Of a DNA stretch of 64,000 nucleotides, positions 10,363-23,440 are shown in pieces. Position numbers and translations under genes: made by a program. Below the pieces are notes generated by a model. The model did no database searches. It was not told the DNA's origin and saw only the letters and a list, made by a program, of their open reading frames with translations. Source of the DNA: an uncultured Actinomycetota bacterium (lineage in GTDB: Bacteria > Actinomycetota > Actinomycetes > Actinomycetales > Dermatophilaceae); contig CAWDBE010000008.1 of the NCBI GenBank assembly GCA_963800435.1, positions 397,839-461,838 on the forward strand, given 5' to 3'. Each line of letters starts with the position of its first letter. The first letter of the stretch is position 1.

Positions 10363-11859
10363 TCAGGTGCTGGCGGGCTTGACCTCACGGCGGAGGATCT
10401 TGCCCGTCGGGCCCTTGGGCAGCTCGGGGACGACCCAGACCTGGCGGGGGTACTTGTAGGCCGCGATGCGCTCCTTGGTGAACGCGATGATGTCCTCGGG
10501 CGTGGCCGTCGAACCCTCGCGCAGCGCCACGGCGGCCCCGACGTTCTCGCCGAGGAGGTCGTCGGGGATCGCGACGACCGCGACCTCGAGGACGTCGGGG
10601 TGGGTGTAGATGACCTCCTCGACCTCGCGCGGGTACACGTTCATCCCGCCGCGCAGGATCATGTCCTTCTTGCGGTCGACGATCGTGAAGTAGCCCTCGG
10701 CGTCCATCGTCGCGAGGTCGCCCGTGCGGAACCACCCGTCCGGGATCGCCTCGGCGGTGGCCTCGGGCTTGTTCCAGTAGCCCTTCATGACGTTGTCCCC
10801 GCGGATGGCGATCTCGCCCACCTCGCCGACCGGCACCTCCGCGCCCTCCAGGTCGACGCACCTCATCTCGCAGCCGGGGATGGCCACGCCGATGGTGCCG
10901 GGCTTGCGCTCCTTGTCGATCATGTTGAAGCTCGCGACCGGCGAGGTCTCGGAGAGGCCGTAGCCCTCGAGGATCATCGTCCCGAACTTCGCCTCGAACC
11001 CCTTCATCACCTCGAGAGGCATGGCCGAGCCACCCGAGACGCACGTCCGCAGGGACGTGGCGTCGAGGGTGTCGCTGTCGGGGTGGTTGAGGATCGCGGC
11101 ATACATGGTCGGGACGCCCTGCATGACCGTGACCCGCTCCTTGCCGATGACCTCGATGGCCTTGGCCGGGTCGAACCGGGGGATGAGGGCGAGCGTCGAG
11201 CCCGCGATGACCGAGGCGTTGAGCCCGACGACGAGCCCGAAGACGTGGAACAGCGGCAGGCAGCCCATGACGACGTCGTCGGGGTGGATCTCCTGGATGA
11301 CCGTGGCACTGCGCAGGGCGTTGAGGTGGACGTTGCTGTGGGTCAGCTCGGCGCCCTTGGGGCGGCCGGTCGTTCCAGAGGTGTAGAGGATGATCGCCGT
11401 GTCGTCGTCGGCCCGCTCGGTCGCCTCGCCGATGGGGGACCCGCCGGTGAGGGCGCCCTCGACCGGGCCGGTCGGGCCGCACTCGACGATCCGGGTGCCC
11501 GCGTTGACGGCGCCCTTGGTGGCCTCGTCGACGAAGTCCGGCCACACGAACGCGATCTTGGCCCCGGAGTCGGTGAAGAAGAAGTCGATCTCGCCGGACT
11601 TGAGCAGCGGGTTCATCGGGACGACGATCCCGCCGGCCAGGAGGATCCCGAAGAACACGACCGGGAACGCCGGGACGTTGGGCAGGATGATCGCCACCCG
11701 GTCGCCCGGCTCGATGCCGGCCTGCCTCAGCTCGCCGGCCAGCTTGGCCGCCATCGCATGCAGCTGCGCGTAGCCGATGTGCAGACCGTCGATGGTGATG
11801 GCCGTCTGGTCGGGGGCCTTCGCTGCGGTCGTCGTCAGGTTGGTGGCGAGGTTGGTCAT
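10363..11859 (-). CDS. long-chain fatty acid-CoA ligase / AMP-dependent synthetase
   Basis: AMP-binding motif YTSGTTGRPKG, plus GYGLSETS and the C-terminal GKILRR. ATG 11859 is chosen over the longer Arg-rich extension. Confidence 0.9.
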   Translation of the reverse strand: MTNLATNLTTTAAKAPDQTAITIDGLHIGYAQLHAMAAKLAGELRQAGIEPGDRVAIILPNVPAFPVVFFGILLAGGIVVPMNPLLKSGEIDFFFTDSGAKIAFVWPDFVDEATKGAVNAGTRIVECGPTGPVEGALTGGSPIGEATERADDDTAIILYTSGTTGRPKGAELTHSNVHLNALRSATVIQEIHPDDVVMGCLPLFHVFGLVVGLNASVIAGSTLALIPRFDPAKAIEVIGKERVTVMQGVPTMYAAILNHPDSDTLDATSLRTCVSGGSAMPLEVMKGFEAKFGTMILEGYGLSETSPVASFNMIDKERKPGTIGVAIPGCEMRCVDLEGAEVPVGEVGEIAIRGDNVMKGYWNKPEATAEAIPDGWFRTGDLATMDAEGYFTIVDRKKDMILRGGMNVYPREVEEVIYTHPDVLEVAVVAIPDDLLGENVGAAVALREGSTATPEDIIAFTKERIAAYKYPRQVWVVPELPKGPTGKILRREVKPAST

Positions 11860-11957
11860 CGATGCTCCTGTGGTCCGGCGTCGTCGGCGGGTGCCGCCCA
11901 TTGTGTCTCCCGCGCCCGGAGGTGACTAGGGGGTAACCCCGGCCTAGCCTGAGGTGG

Positions 11958-12434
11958 ATGATCACCGTGGAGGAGTACCTGGGCTACTGCGACAGGGCCC
12001 TGGTCAGGCTGGGCGAGATCGCCACCGAGCTGGGCGACGACCTCGTGGGCGCCCGCCTCGACGACGTGCCGGGCTCGAACTCGGCGTTCGGGCTGCTCAG
12101 CCACTGCATCGGCGTCATGGGCCGCTGGGCGCGGCAGGTCAACCGCGGCATCCCGGTGCCCCGCGACCGGGACGCCGAGTTCCGCGCGACCGGAACGGTC
12201 GCCGAGATCCTCCTGGCGCTGTCGGCCGCCCGGGACCGGCTCCATGAGGACGCGTTCGCTGCCTCCCCGCGCGAGCCGCCCGCCGACCCGCCCACGTCCG
12301 AGGACGTCCCCGACCCGCCGCCGACCCAGGGCGACATCCTGCTGCACGTCTACGAGGAGCTCGCCCAGCACCTCGGCCAGCTCGAGGTGACCCGCGACGT
12401 CCTCCTGGTGCGCGCGGCGCGCCGGCGAGGGTGA
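11958..12434 (+). CDS. DinB/DUF664-like four-helix-bundle protein
   Basis: Small protein with conserved His positions (LLSHCIG, LLHVYEELAQHLGQL) typical of the DinB superfamily. Confidence 0.55.
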   Translation: MITVEEYLGYCDRALVRLGEIATELGDDLVGARLDDVPGSNSAFGLLSHCIGVMGRWARQVNRGIPVPRDRDAEFRATGTVAEILLALSAARDRLHEDAFAASPREPPADPPTSEDVPDPPPTQGDILLHVYEELAQHLGQLEVTRDVLLVRAARRRG

Positions 12435-14720
<2,286 letters not shown>

Positions 14721-14817
14721 CCGCTCCGGCCGGCGAAGGGTGGGGATCCGCCCCTTCGCAGGTCCTGAAGGGGCCGATCCCCACCTCTCGCGGGTCAGGC
14801 TGACCCGGCACATGGTC

Positions 14818-14859
14818 TGGGCCCGCGGCATCCAGCCCCTCCTGGATGCCGCGGGCCCA
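14818..14859. terminator. perfect 18-bp inverted repeat between convergent ligA and vWA genes (bidirectional terminator candidate)
   Basis: TGGGCCCGCGGCATCCAG / CTGGATGCCGCGGGCCCA with a 6-nt loop, read directly. There is no T-tract. Confidence 0.55.
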
Positions 14860-14928
14860 GCGTCGTGGCCGGCGGGCGGGTGCCCGGTCAGCGTCCGGTA
14901 TGCCGGGTCAACGGCCTACCGGGTCGGC

Positions 14929-16665
14929 TCACGGAGCCCGGTGCGGACGCACCGTGCGGCTCGTGATGCCCGAGGCCCCGGCCTCGCGCGACCCGGTCAC
15001 CGTGTGGGTGACCGTGACGTCGAGCGGGTGGCTCGCGACGATGTCGAGCACGCCGACGAGCAGCCGCGGGTCGTTCCCGACGGCCTCGGCGATGGCGCAG
15101 CAGTCGTCCATCGTCGCCTCGCCAGGCTGGAGCACGATCTTGGCGAACGGCTTCGCCGGGACCTTCCGCGGCTCGCGGCCCTCTGGCTCCCCGTTGCGCA
15201 CGAGCGGCGCGAAGCGCTTCTCGATGACGACGGGGCAGGACAGCGGGTTGTAGATCGTCACGACGGTCGAGTAGTGGCCGGGCTCGACGGTCAGGCACTT
15301 CTCCTTGCCGTCGGCGTCCTGCTTCTCGGTGCGGCACAGGAACTCCACGCTGTGGTGGTAGCGGCACGGCGGCACCGTGACCCGGACCTTCTTCTGCGCG
15401 ACCACGGTCCCGTCGGCGACGACGTCGATGGTGCCGGTGAACTCCTGCTTCTTCTCGGCGCAGGCCTTCACGCCCCGCCACACGACCTCGAAGGTCAGGA
15501 CGTGCTCGACGTCCCCCTTGAGCGGGCCGTACCCCCCGGCCGGGGTGATCGACTCGACGAACTGAGCCGTGCCGCCGGTCGCCACGAGGTGGACGTTCCC
15601 GATCGTCGAGACCGCCGCGGCGATGAGGTCGCCCAGGGTGGTCGCGACGGTGTCGGGGTCGACCCCCTCGGTGTACGAGCCTGCGGTGGCGGCGGTGATG
15701 CGGGTGGCCTGGCCGGCGGATCCCGCCGGTGCGCAGGCGCCGTAGTCGAAGACACTGGCGTTGGGGTCGTCGTCGAGGTCGTCCGCGAACCCGGTCGTCG
15801 TGCCGACCGCGACGACGCTGACCTGCGCGGCCTGGAGCGCCGCCGTGGCCGTCGCCTCGGTGATGTCGGCGGCCAGGCCGGTCAGCGACGTACAGATCGG
15901 GTCGTGCCCGGGCGCGTCCCCGAACCACACGATGATCTTCTTGGCGTCGCTGCGCCAGCCGATGCCCGCGTCGGTGGCGAGCTGCTGAAGGGCGTTCAGC
16001 TGGCCCTCGGAGCCGTCCGAGCCCTCGTTCGCCGACCACGCCGAGATCGCCGCGTCCGCGGGGACGTGGTCCGTCGTCGGCGCGAGCTGGTGCTGGAAGG
16101 CGTAGCTGTTGAGGCCGGTGCCCACCGGGAAGTCCCGGTAGTTGCCGACGCCCCACGCGACGTCGTAGCCCACCAGACCGGGGTGGTTGAGGATGCCGCT
16201 CGCCCCGGCCTTGACCGCGGCGAGGACCGGGCCCATGGAGCCGGTCGTGTCGGCGAGCAGGTAGACGTCGGCCTTCGGAGCGGCGCCCTTCGGGACGGTG
16301 ACCGTGATCCTCTCCCGGTGCTCCTCGCACTTGGAGAGGGTCCAGTCGTTGGTCGTCGGGTCGATGGTGATCGGCGCCGTCGGAGCCGCCGGGCGAACCC
16401 GACCCGGCGTGAAGGTCGGCGTGAAGACGTCGTGGCCGGCCAGGGCCACGAGCTCGGATAGCGGACGGATGACCCCGTCGGAGTCGACGGTCGTCGTCGT
16501 GACGGTGTTGGGCCTGCCGGAAGCGGCCGCGGTGACGGCGTGCACCTCGCCGAGACCGGCGACGGTGACGGCCGTGACGTGAGTGATCTCGACGTCGGTG
16601 GCATCCAGGTCCGCAGCCAGTCGGGCCGTGACCTCCTTGGACACCGTGAACTTGCGTGAAGCCAT
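14929..16665 (-). CDS. cytoplasmic multidomain von Willebrand factor A (vWA) protein with uncharacterised N- and Cys-rich C-terminal domains
   Basis: ATG 16665 is preceded by GGGGGA 7 nt upstream. The MIDAS-like motif is LLADTTGSMG, and WFGDAPGHD is typical of the vWA fold. No signal peptide or TM segment is present. The C-terminal domain has GHYSTVVTIYNP...DDCCAI. Confidence 0.75.
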   Translation of the reverse strand: MASRKFTVSKEVTARLAADLDATDVEITHVTAVTVAGLGEVHAVTAAASGRPNTVTTTTVDSDGVIRPLSELVALAGHDVFTPTFTPGRVRPAAPTAPITIDPTTNDWTLSKCEEHRERITVTVPKGAAPKADVYLLADTTGSMGPVLAAVKAGASGILNHPGLVGYDVAWGVGNYRDFPVGTGLNSYAFQHQLAPTTDHVPADAAISAWSANEGSDGSEGQLNALQQLATDAGIGWRSDAKKIIVWFGDAPGHDPICTSLTGLAADITEATATAALQAAQVSVVAVGTTTGFADDLDDDPNASVFDYGACAPAGSAGQATRITAATAGSYTEGVDPDTVATTLGDLIAAAVSTIGNVHLVATGGTAQFVESITPAGGYGPLKGDVEHVLTFEVVWRGVKACAEKKQEFTGTIDVVADGTVVAQKKVRVTVPPCRYHHSVEFLCRTEKQDADGKEKCLTVEPGHYSTVVTIYNPLSCPVVIEKRFAPLVRNGEPEGREPRKVPAKPFAKIVLQPGEATMDDCCAIAEAVGNDPRLLVGVLDIVASHPLDVTVTHTVTGSREAGASGITSRTVRPHRAP

Positions 16666-16798
16666 GATGCGTCCCCCTGAGTCGTACCGCCCGGACAGCC
16701 CGGACGGTGATAGGGAAGGGAGCCGTGGGACGGGCGCGTGATACCTCGCCACGCCGGGAAGAGGCGAAGTCGAGGGGTGGGTCCCTACTGTTGCCACC

Positions 16799-17776
16799 AT
16801 GAAGGCTCTCGACCGCAAGCTGGCCACCATCGCCGCGGGTTCGTACACCCCGGAGCACTTCGTGCTCGCCGATGCCAAGGACGCCGACATGGCGTTCGGC
16901 GTCCAGGCGCCCGGTCCGGTGCCCGACACACCGGGAGGCTTCCGCACGCGGCCCGAGTACCTCCAGGCCATGGTGGACGAGGTGCGTGCCGAGGCCGTCG
17001 ACATCGTGCTCACCTCGGCCTCGAATGCGGAGCGGCTGCTCCGGGAGGGTGTCCTCGACGCCAGCGGCGTCACGCTCGCGGTGCGCGCCAACGACACCAC
17101 CGACATCTGGAGCCCTCGGGGCGGGCGCTACTCCGCCCGGCCGTCCCGCCCGTTCCGTACCGCGAACCTCAGACAGGTGCGCGAGCTCAGCTCGCTGGTG
17201 CTCTACTCGGTGACCTTCAACAACGACCTCGACCACGACCTGGCCACCCTCGAGCACTACGCCGCCTTCCGCGCCGAGGCCCACGACGTGGGGATCCGCC
17301 ACTTCCTCGAGGTGTTCAACCCGAACGCCCCGGTGGACCTCGCCCCGGCGGACGTCGGCGCGTTCGTCAACGACCAGATCGTCCGGCTGCTCGCCGGGGT
17401 GACCCAGGTCGAGCGCCCGCTGTTCCTCAAGATGGCCTACAACGGCCCCGAGGCGATGACCGAGCTGGTCTCGCACGACCCCTCGCTCGTGGTCGGCGTC
17501 CTCGGCGGGTCCGCCGGCACGACGAGGGACACCCTCGAGCTGCTGGCCCAGGCCGAGCAGCACGGCGCCCGGGTGGCCCTGTTCGGGCGAAAGGTGCAGC
17601 GGGCCGAGTCCCAGCTCGACCTGCTCGCCTCGATGCGCGCCGTGGTGAGCCGGCGCATCGGCCCCGAGGAGGCCGTCGCCGCATACCACGACGCGCTGCA
17701 GAGCAAGGGGATCACCGCGGCCCGCACCCTCGCCGAGGACCAGGTGGTCACCGAGCCGGTCCTCGCCGGGGGCTGA
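16799..17776 (+). CDS. (beta/alpha)8 aldolase-like protein (resembles the family I recall as 'Cgl0159 family')
   Basis: About 325 aa with alternating beta/alpha pattern. It lies upstream of a PfkB kinase with a 4-nt gap. Family assignment is from memory only. Confidence 0.45.
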   Translation: MKALDRKLATIAAGSYTPEHFVLADAKDADMAFGVQAPGPVPDTPGGFRTRPEYLQAMVDEVRAEAVDIVLTSASNAERLLREGVLDASGVTLAVRANDTTDIWSPRGGRYSARPSRPFRTANLRQVRELSSLVLYSVTFNNDLDHDLATLEHYAAFRAEAHDVGIRHFLEVFNPNAPVDLAPADVGAFVNDQIVRLLAGVTQVERPLFLKMAYNGPEAMTELVSHDPSLVVGVLGGSAGTTRDTLELLAQAEQHGARVALFGRKVQRAESQLDLLASMRAVVSRRIGPEEAVAAYHDALQSKGITAARTLAEDQVVTEPVLAGG

Positions 17777-17780
17777 CCGG

Positions 17781-18788
17781 GTGCGCTCCGGAGTGCTGTG
17801 TGCCGGGTCGGTCGTCGTCGACGTGGGCAAGGTGATCGACGCCTACCCGGCACAGGAACGGCTCGCGATCGTCGAGTCGGTGGCCCTCAGCACGGGTGGG
17901 CCGGCGGTGAACATCGCGGTGGACCTGGCCCACCTCGGGGCACCCTTCCCGCTCGCCGTGGCCGGGGTCGTCGGGCAGGACGAGTACGGCGACTTCCTGC
18001 TGGGTGCGCTGGCCGCGGAGGGGGTCGACACCTCCCGGGTCCGTCGCTCGAACGAGGCGGCCACGTCCTTCACCGACGCGATGGTGGTCCGCGACGGCGG
18101 GTCGCGCACCTTCTTCCACCATGTCGGCGCCAACGACCTGCTGTCGGTGCGGGACGTCGACCCCGAGGCGTCCTCGGCCAGGATCCTGCACATGGGAGCC
18201 CCCGGGCTGCACCCGACGATGGACGCCGCAGCCGGTTGGGTCGAGGTGCTGGGGGCGGCCCAGGCGGCCGGGATGCACACCAACCTCGAGCTCGTCTCGT
18301 TGGCGCCCGAGCGGATCCGCGAGGTGGCACTGTCCTGCCTGCCACACCTGGACTCGATCGTGGTCAACGAGATCGAGGCCTCGGCGCTGGTCGCGGAGCC
18401 GGTGCCGGCGAGCGGGCTGGACGGCCCGGTGGACTGGGCGGCGCTGGAGCGGGTCGCCGCCCGGCTGGTCGAGCTCGGGGTCAATGGCCTGGCCGCCGTC
18501 CACTTCCCCGCGGGGTGCGTGGCCGCGGCTCCGGGCGGGCTGGCCTGGCGACAGGGATCGGTGCGGCTACCCCAGGCCGAGATCCGCAGCGCGACCGGGG
18601 CAGGTGATGCGTTCGCCAGCGGTGTCGTCCTCGGCCTGCACGAGGGCTGGGCGGTCCCTGGCTGCCTCCGGGCAGGAGTGAGCGCTGCTGCGGCATGTCT
18701 GCGCGGGGCCGGGACGTCGGACGCCGTGCTGGCGCTGGCCGACTGCCTCGCCCTCGGCGAACGGTACGGGTTCCGCGCAACGTCCTGA
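17781..18788 (+). CDS. PfkB-family carbohydrate kinase
   Basis: N-terminal GSVVVD, GG dipeptide (STGGPAVN), and the C-terminal GAGDAF motif. Confidence 0.8.
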   Translation: MRSGVLCAGSVVVDVGKVIDAYPAQERLAIVESVALSTGGPAVNIAVDLAHLGAPFPLAVAGVVGQDEYGDFLLGALAAEGVDTSRVRRSNEAATSFTDAMVVRDGGSRTFFHHVGANDLLSVRDVDPEASSARILHMGAPGLHPTMDAAAGWVEVLGAAQAAGMHTNLELVSLAPERIREVALSCLPHLDSIVVNEIEASALVAEPVPASGLDGPVDWAALERVAARLVELGVNGLAAVHFPAGCVAAAPGGLAWRQGSVRLPQAEIRSATGAGDAFASGVVLGLHEGWAVPGCLRAGVSAAAACLRGAGTSDAVLALADCLALGERYGFRATS

Positions 18789-18902
18789 GACCGTTGGCCG
18801 CGCGCGCCGACGGGTGCCGCCCCCTTCCCGTGTCTCGTCCCCGTGTCTCGCCGCCGGTGAGCCACGAGGAACGGGTCCTGCGGCCCCCATAGACTGGCAG
18901 AC

Positions 18903-19199
18903 ATGGCAGACCTCACCCGTGCCGACGTGGCCCATCTGGCCGGGCTGGCGCGCATCGACCTCTCCGACGCCGAGCTTGACAAGATGGTCGGCGAGCTCGG
19001 CGTGATCCTCGAGTCGGTGGCCACCGTCCAGCAGGCGCCGATCGCCGACGTCGAGCCGATGTCGCACCCCATGCCGCTGGTCAACGTCACCCGTCCCGAC
19101 GTGATCCGGCCCTCGCTGAGCCCGCAGGACGCGCTCAGCGGGGCCCCCGAGGCCGAGCAGCAGCGCTTCTCGGTCCCGAAGATCCTCGGGGAAGACTGA
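18903..19199 (+). CDS. gatC: Asp-tRNA(Asn)/Glu-tRNA(Gln) amidotransferase subunit C
   Basis: 98 aa with VAHLAGLARIDLSDAEL and the canonical position before gatA-gatB. Confidence 0.9.
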   Translation: MADLTRADVAHLAGLARIDLSDAELDKMVGELGVILESVATVQQAPIADVEPMSHPMPLVNVTRPDVIRPSLSPQDALSGAPEAEQQRFSVPKILGED

Positions 19200-19286
19200 G
19201 CGAGCCGGTATGCCGCGCACCGAGCTGAGCCCGCGGCACACACCCGACGCCAACGAGCCGACCACGACCCCAAGGACGACAGCCCC

Positions 19287-20822
19287 GTGAGCACCGACCT
19301 CACCCGAGCCAGCGCCGCCGAGCTGGCCAACCTCATCGCCACCGGCGAGACCTCCTCCGTCGAGGTCGTCCGGGCGCACCTCGACCGGACCGGGGCCGTC
19401 GACGGCCTGGTCCACGGCTACCTCCACGTCGACGCCGAGGGTGCGCTCGCGACCGCCCGCGACACCGACGAGCGCCGGGCCCGCGGCGAGGAGCTGCACG
19501 TCATGGCCGGTGTCCCGATCGCCGTCAAGGACGTCATGGCGACCAGGGGCATGCCGACCACCTGCGGCAGCCGGATCCTGCAGGGCTGGGTACCGCCCTA
19601 CGACGCGACCCTCGTGCGCAAGATCCGCGAGGCGGGCATGCCCATCCTCGGCAAGACCAACATGGACGAGTTCGCCATGGGCTCCTCGACGGAGCACTCG
19701 GCCTACGGCCCCACCCACAACCCGTGGGACCTCGACCGGATCCCCGGCGGCTCAGGCGGCGGCTCGGCGGCGGTCGTCGGCTCCTTCCAGGCGCCGCTCG
19801 CCGTCGGAACGGACACCGGCGGGTCGATCCGCCAGCCCGCCGCCGTGACCGGCACGGTCGGCACCAAGCCGACCTACGGCGGGGTCTCCCGCTACGGGCT
19901 CGTCGCGCTCGCCTCCTCCCTCGACCAGGCCGGGCCGGTCAGCCGCACGATCCTCGACGCGGCGCTGCTGCACAGCGTCATCGGCGGCTACGACCCGATG
20001 GACTCGACGTCCATCGACGCCCCGGCCCCGCCGGTCGTCGAGGCCGCGACCCGCGCCGACGTCGCCGGCGTGCGCATCGGCATCGTCAAGGAGCTGACCG
20101 GCGAGGGGTTCCAGCCCGGTGTCCAACGGCGCTTCGACGAGGCCGTCGAGCACCTCGTGGCCGCCGGTGCGGAGGTCGTCGAGGTGTCCGCCCCGAGCTT
20201 CACCTACGCGCTCGCGGCCTACTACCTCATCCTCCCCAGCGAGGCCTCGAGCAACCTGGCCAAGTTCGACGCCATGCGCTACGGCCTGCGGGTCTGGCCC
20301 GAGGGCGTCGACGACGCCAGCGCCGAGCAGGTCATGGCGGCCACCCGCGACGCCGGGTTCGGCGACGAGGTCAAGCGCCGGATCATCCTCGGCACGTACG
20401 CCCTGTCCAGCGGCTACTACGACGCCTACTACGGCTCGGCACAGAAGGTCCGCCGGCTCATCGCCGACGACTTCGCCCGGGCCTTCGAGTCCGCCGACGT
20501 GCTCGTCAGCCCGACCGCGCCCACGACGGCGTTCCGGCTCGGCGACAAGCTCGACGACCCCATGGCGATGTACCTCAACGACATCGCCACCATCCCGGCC
20601 AACCTCGCGGGCGTCCCGGCGATCTCGTTGCCGAGTGGGCTCGCCGACGAGGACGGCCTGCCCGCCGGGTTCCAGGTCATCGCCCCCGCGACCAAGGACG
20701 AGCGCCTGTATGCCGTGGCCTCGGCCCTGGAGCAGCGCCTCCACGACGCGTGGGGCGGGCCCCTGCTGGCCCAGGCGCCCGACCTGACCGCCCTGTCCGC
20801 GACGACCGCGAAGGAGGCCTGA
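19287..20822 (+). CDS. gatA: Asp-tRNA(Asn)/Glu-tRNA(Gln) amidotransferase subunit A
   Basis: Amidase signature [11 protein letters not shown]...[14 protein letters not shown] start. Confidence 0.95.
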   Translation: MSTDLTRASAAELANLIATGETSSVEVVRAHLDRTGAVDGLVHGYLHVDAEGALATARDTDERRARGEELHVMAGVPIAVKDVMATRGMPTTCGSRILQGWVPPYDATLVRKIREAGMPILGKTNMDEFAMGSSTEHSAYGPTHNPWDLDRIPGGSGGGSAAVVGSFQAPLAVGTDTGGSIRQPAAVTGTVGTKPTYGGVSRYGLVALASSLDQAGPVSRTILDAALLHSVIGGYDPMDSTSIDAPAPPVVEAATRADVAGVRIGIVKELTGEGFQPGVQRRFDEAVEHLVAAGAEVVEVSAPSFTYALAAYYLILPSEASSNLAKFDAMRYGLRVWPEGVDDASAEQVMAATRDAGFGDEVKRRIILGTYALSSGYYDAYYGSAQKVRRLIADDFARAFESADVLVSPTAPTTAFRLGDKLDDPMAMYLNDIATIPANLAGVPAISLPSGLADEDGLPAGFQVIAPATKDERLYAVASALEQRLHDAWGGPLLAQAPDLTALSATTAKEA

Positions 20823-20825
20823 GCG

Positions 20826-22388
20826 ATGAGCACCCAGGCGAGCAGCCACTCCGTCGGTGAGCCGGTCATGGCCTACGACGACGCGGTCGCGGCATACGAC
20901 CCGGTCCTGGGCCTCGAGGTCCACGTCGAGCTCAACACCGCGACGAAGATGTTCTGCGGCTGCGCGACCGAGTTCGGCGCCGAGCCCAACACCCAGGTCT
21001 GCCCGGTCTGCCTCGGGCTGCCGGGGGCGCTGCCGGTCGTCAACGAGAAGGGCGTCGAGTCGGCCATCCGGATCGGTCTGTCGCTCGGCTGCGAGATCGC
21101 GCAGTGGTGCCGGTTCGCCCGGAAGAACTACTTCTACCCCGACATGCCGAAGAACTTCCAGACCTCCCAGTACGACGAGCCGCTGTCCTCCAACGGCCAC
21201 CTCGACGTCGAGCTCGAGGACGGGACCGTCTTCCGCGTCGAGATCGAGCGCGCCCACATGGAGGAGGACACGGGCAAGTCCCTCCACGTCGGCGGCGCGA
21301 CGGGTCGCATCCACGGCGCGACGCACAGCCTCGTCGACTACAACCGGGCCGGGATCCCGCTCATCGAGATCGTCACCAAGCCGATCACCGGAGCGGGCGA
21401 GCGGGCGCCGGAGCTGGCCAAGGCCTACGTGTCGACGCTGCGCGACCTCGTCAAGGCGCTGGGCGTCTCGGACGTCAAGATGGAGCAGGGCTCGATGCGC
21501 TGCGACGTCAACCTCTCGCTGCGGCCCAAGGTGGCCGAGGGCGAGGACCAGGACGGCGTGCCCCTCGGGACCCGATCCGAGACCAAGAACGTCAACTCGC
21601 TGCGCTCGGTCGAGCGGGCCGTTCGCTACGAGATCGGGCGGCACGCCGCGATCCTCGCGGACGGCGGGTCGGTGGTCCAGGAGACCCGGCACTGGCACGA
21701 GGACACCGGGATCACCACGAGCGGTCGCGTGAAGTCCGACGCCGAGGACTATCGCTACTTCCCCGAGCCCGACCTCGTCCCGGTGGCGCCCTCCCGAGAG
21801 AGCGTCGATGCGCTGCGAGCCACCCTCCCCGAGCCGCCGGCCCAGCGCCGCAGGCGCCTCCAGGCGGACTGGGGCTTCAGCGACCTCGAGATGCGCGACG
21901 TCCTCAACGCCGGTCTCGTCGAGCTCATCGGCGAGACCGTCGCCGCCGGGTCGACCCCCGCGGGAGCACGCAAGTGGTGGTCAGGAGAGATCGCTCGGCG
22001 CGCGAGCGAGGCGGGGGTGGACGTGCCGACCCATGCCGCCTCGCTCGGCGTCACGGTGGCGCACGTCGTCGAGCTCGAGTCGCTGGTCGTCGGCGGCCGG
22101 CTCAACGACGCGATGGCTCGCCAGGTCTGGGACGGCGTCCTCGACGGCGAGGGCACCCCGACCACCGTGGCCGACGCCCGCGGACTCGAGCTCGTCCAGG
22201 ACGACTCCGCCCTGGAGGGTGCCGTCGACGACGTCATCGCGGCCAACCCCGAGGTCGCCGACAGGATCCGCGACGGCAAGGTCCAGGCGGTCGGCGCGCT
22301 GATCGGTCAGGTCATGAAGGCGACCAAGGGCCAGGCCGACGCGGCCAAGGTGCGCGAGCTCATCCTCGCCAGGCTCGGCGCCGGCTGA
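20826..22388 (+). CDS. gatB: Asp-tRNA(Asn)/Glu-tRNA(Gln) amidotransferase subunit B
   Basis: [23 protein letters not shown] and a C-terminal GatB/YqeY domain. Confidence 0.95.
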   Translation: MSTQASSHSVGEPVMAYDDAVAAYDPVLGLEVHVELNTATKMFCGCATEFGAEPNTQVCPVCLGLPGALPVVNEKGVESAIRIGLSLGCEIAQWCRFARKNYFYPDMPKNFQTSQYDEPLSSNGHLDVELEDGTVFRVEIERAHMEEDTGKSLHVGGATGRIHGATHSLVDYNRAGIPLIEIVTKPITGAGERAPELAKAYVSTLRDLVKALGVSDVKMEQGSMRCDVNLSLRPKVAEGEDQDGVPLGTRSETKNVNSLRSVERAVRYEIGRHAAILADGGSVVQETRHWHEDTGITTSGRVKSDAEDYRYFPEPDLVPVAPSRESVDALRATLPEPPAQRRRRLQADWGFSDLEMRDVLNAGLVELIGETVAAGSTPAGARKWWSGEIARRASEAGVDVPTHAASLGVTVAHVVELESLVVGGRLNDAMARQVWDGVLDGEGTPTTVADARGLELVQDDSALEGAVDDVIAANPEVADRIRDGKVQAVGALIGQVMKATKGQADAAKVRELILARLGAG

Positions 22389-22476
22389 CCCGCATACCCG
22401 TCCTGCCGTCCGCCGCGAGGGCTACGGGCGCCCGCCCTGCCGGGCGGAGCAGGGGCCTTGCGTAGGCTGAGCGGCT

Positions 22477-23409
22477 ATGACGGTCGTGTCCTTCCCTGAC
22501 CAGTCCTGGCTCGACTCGGTGGGCCCGATCGACGGCATCGAGGCCGTCGTCTGGGACCCGCGCGAGCCGCCGCCCGACCGGCCCGTCCAGGTCGTCATCG
22601 CCCCCTACCTGCGCCCGGCGTCCGAGCTCGAGTCGGTGCGAGGTATGCCGTCCGTCCGCCTGGTCCAGCTCCTCACCGCGGGCTACGACGGCGCCCTGAC
22701 GTCGGTCCCGGAGAGCATTGCGGTGGCCAACGCCGCAGGGGTGCACGACGCCTCGACCTCGGAGCTCGCCGTCGCCCTCATCCTGGCCTCGCTGCGCGGC
22801 ATACCCGAAGCGGTGCGCGACGGCACGCAGGGCACCTGGGCCAGGCTGACGATCCGGCCCTCGCTCGCCGACCGGCGGGTCCTGGTCGTGGGATACGGGT
22901 CGGTCGGCCGCGCCATCGCCCGGCGGCTCGCGCCGTTCGAGGTGTCGTTGACCGGCGTGGCGAGCCGCGCCCGCGCGGGGGACGACCTCGTCGACGAGGT
23001 CCACGGCGTGGCCGAGCTTCCCGTGCTGCTGCCGCGGCACGATGTCGTCGTCGTATCGGTCCCCCTCACCGACGACACCCGCGGGCTGGTCGGCGAGGGC
23101 TTGCTCGCCGCCGTCCCCGATGGCGGGCTCGTCGTCAACGTCGCCCGCGGCGGCGTGGCCGACACCGACGCCATCCTCCGGCACGCCGGACGGCTGTCCT
23201 TCGGCCTGGACGTCACCGACCCCGAGCCCCTGCCGCCCGAGCACCCGCTGTGGAGCGCCCCGGGGGTGCTCATCACCCCGCACGTCGGTGGGGCCACCTC
23301 GGCCTTCCGGCCGAGGGCCGTGGCGATGCTGCGGGAGCAGCTGGCCCGGCTCGCAGCCGGCGCGGAGCCTCGGCACGTCGTGCGGTACGCCACGCCGACG
23401 AGCGGCTGA
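22477..23409 (+). CDS. D-isomer-specific 2-hydroxyacid dehydrogenase family protein
   Basis: NAD-binding VVGYGSVGRAIARRL and the catalytic region NVARGG...ITPHVGG. Confidence 0.85.
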   Translation: MTVVSFPDQSWLDSVGPIDGIEAVVWDPREPPPDRPVQVVIAPYLRPASELESVRGMPSVRLVQLLTAGYDGALTSVPESIAVANAAGVHDASTSELAVALILASLRGIPEAVRDGTQGTWARLTIRPSLADRRVLVVGYGSVGRAIARRLAPFEVSLTGVASRARAGDDLVDEVHGVAELPVLLPRHDVVVVSVPLTDDTRGLVGEGLLAAVPDGGLVVNVARGGVADTDAILRHAGRLSFGLDVTDPEPLPPEHPLWSAPGVLITPHVGGATSAFRPRAVAMLREQLARLAAGAEPRHVVRYATPTSG

Positions 23410-23440
23410 CAAGCACGGGGCGGGGGAGCAAGATCGAGAT

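Noticed and set aside
18826-18850. Tandem duplication TCCCGTGTCTCG / TCCCCGTGTCTCG upstream of gatC.
   Set aside because: There are only two short units, so chance or slippage is plausible. There is no evidence of function beyond a possible promoter-region quirk.
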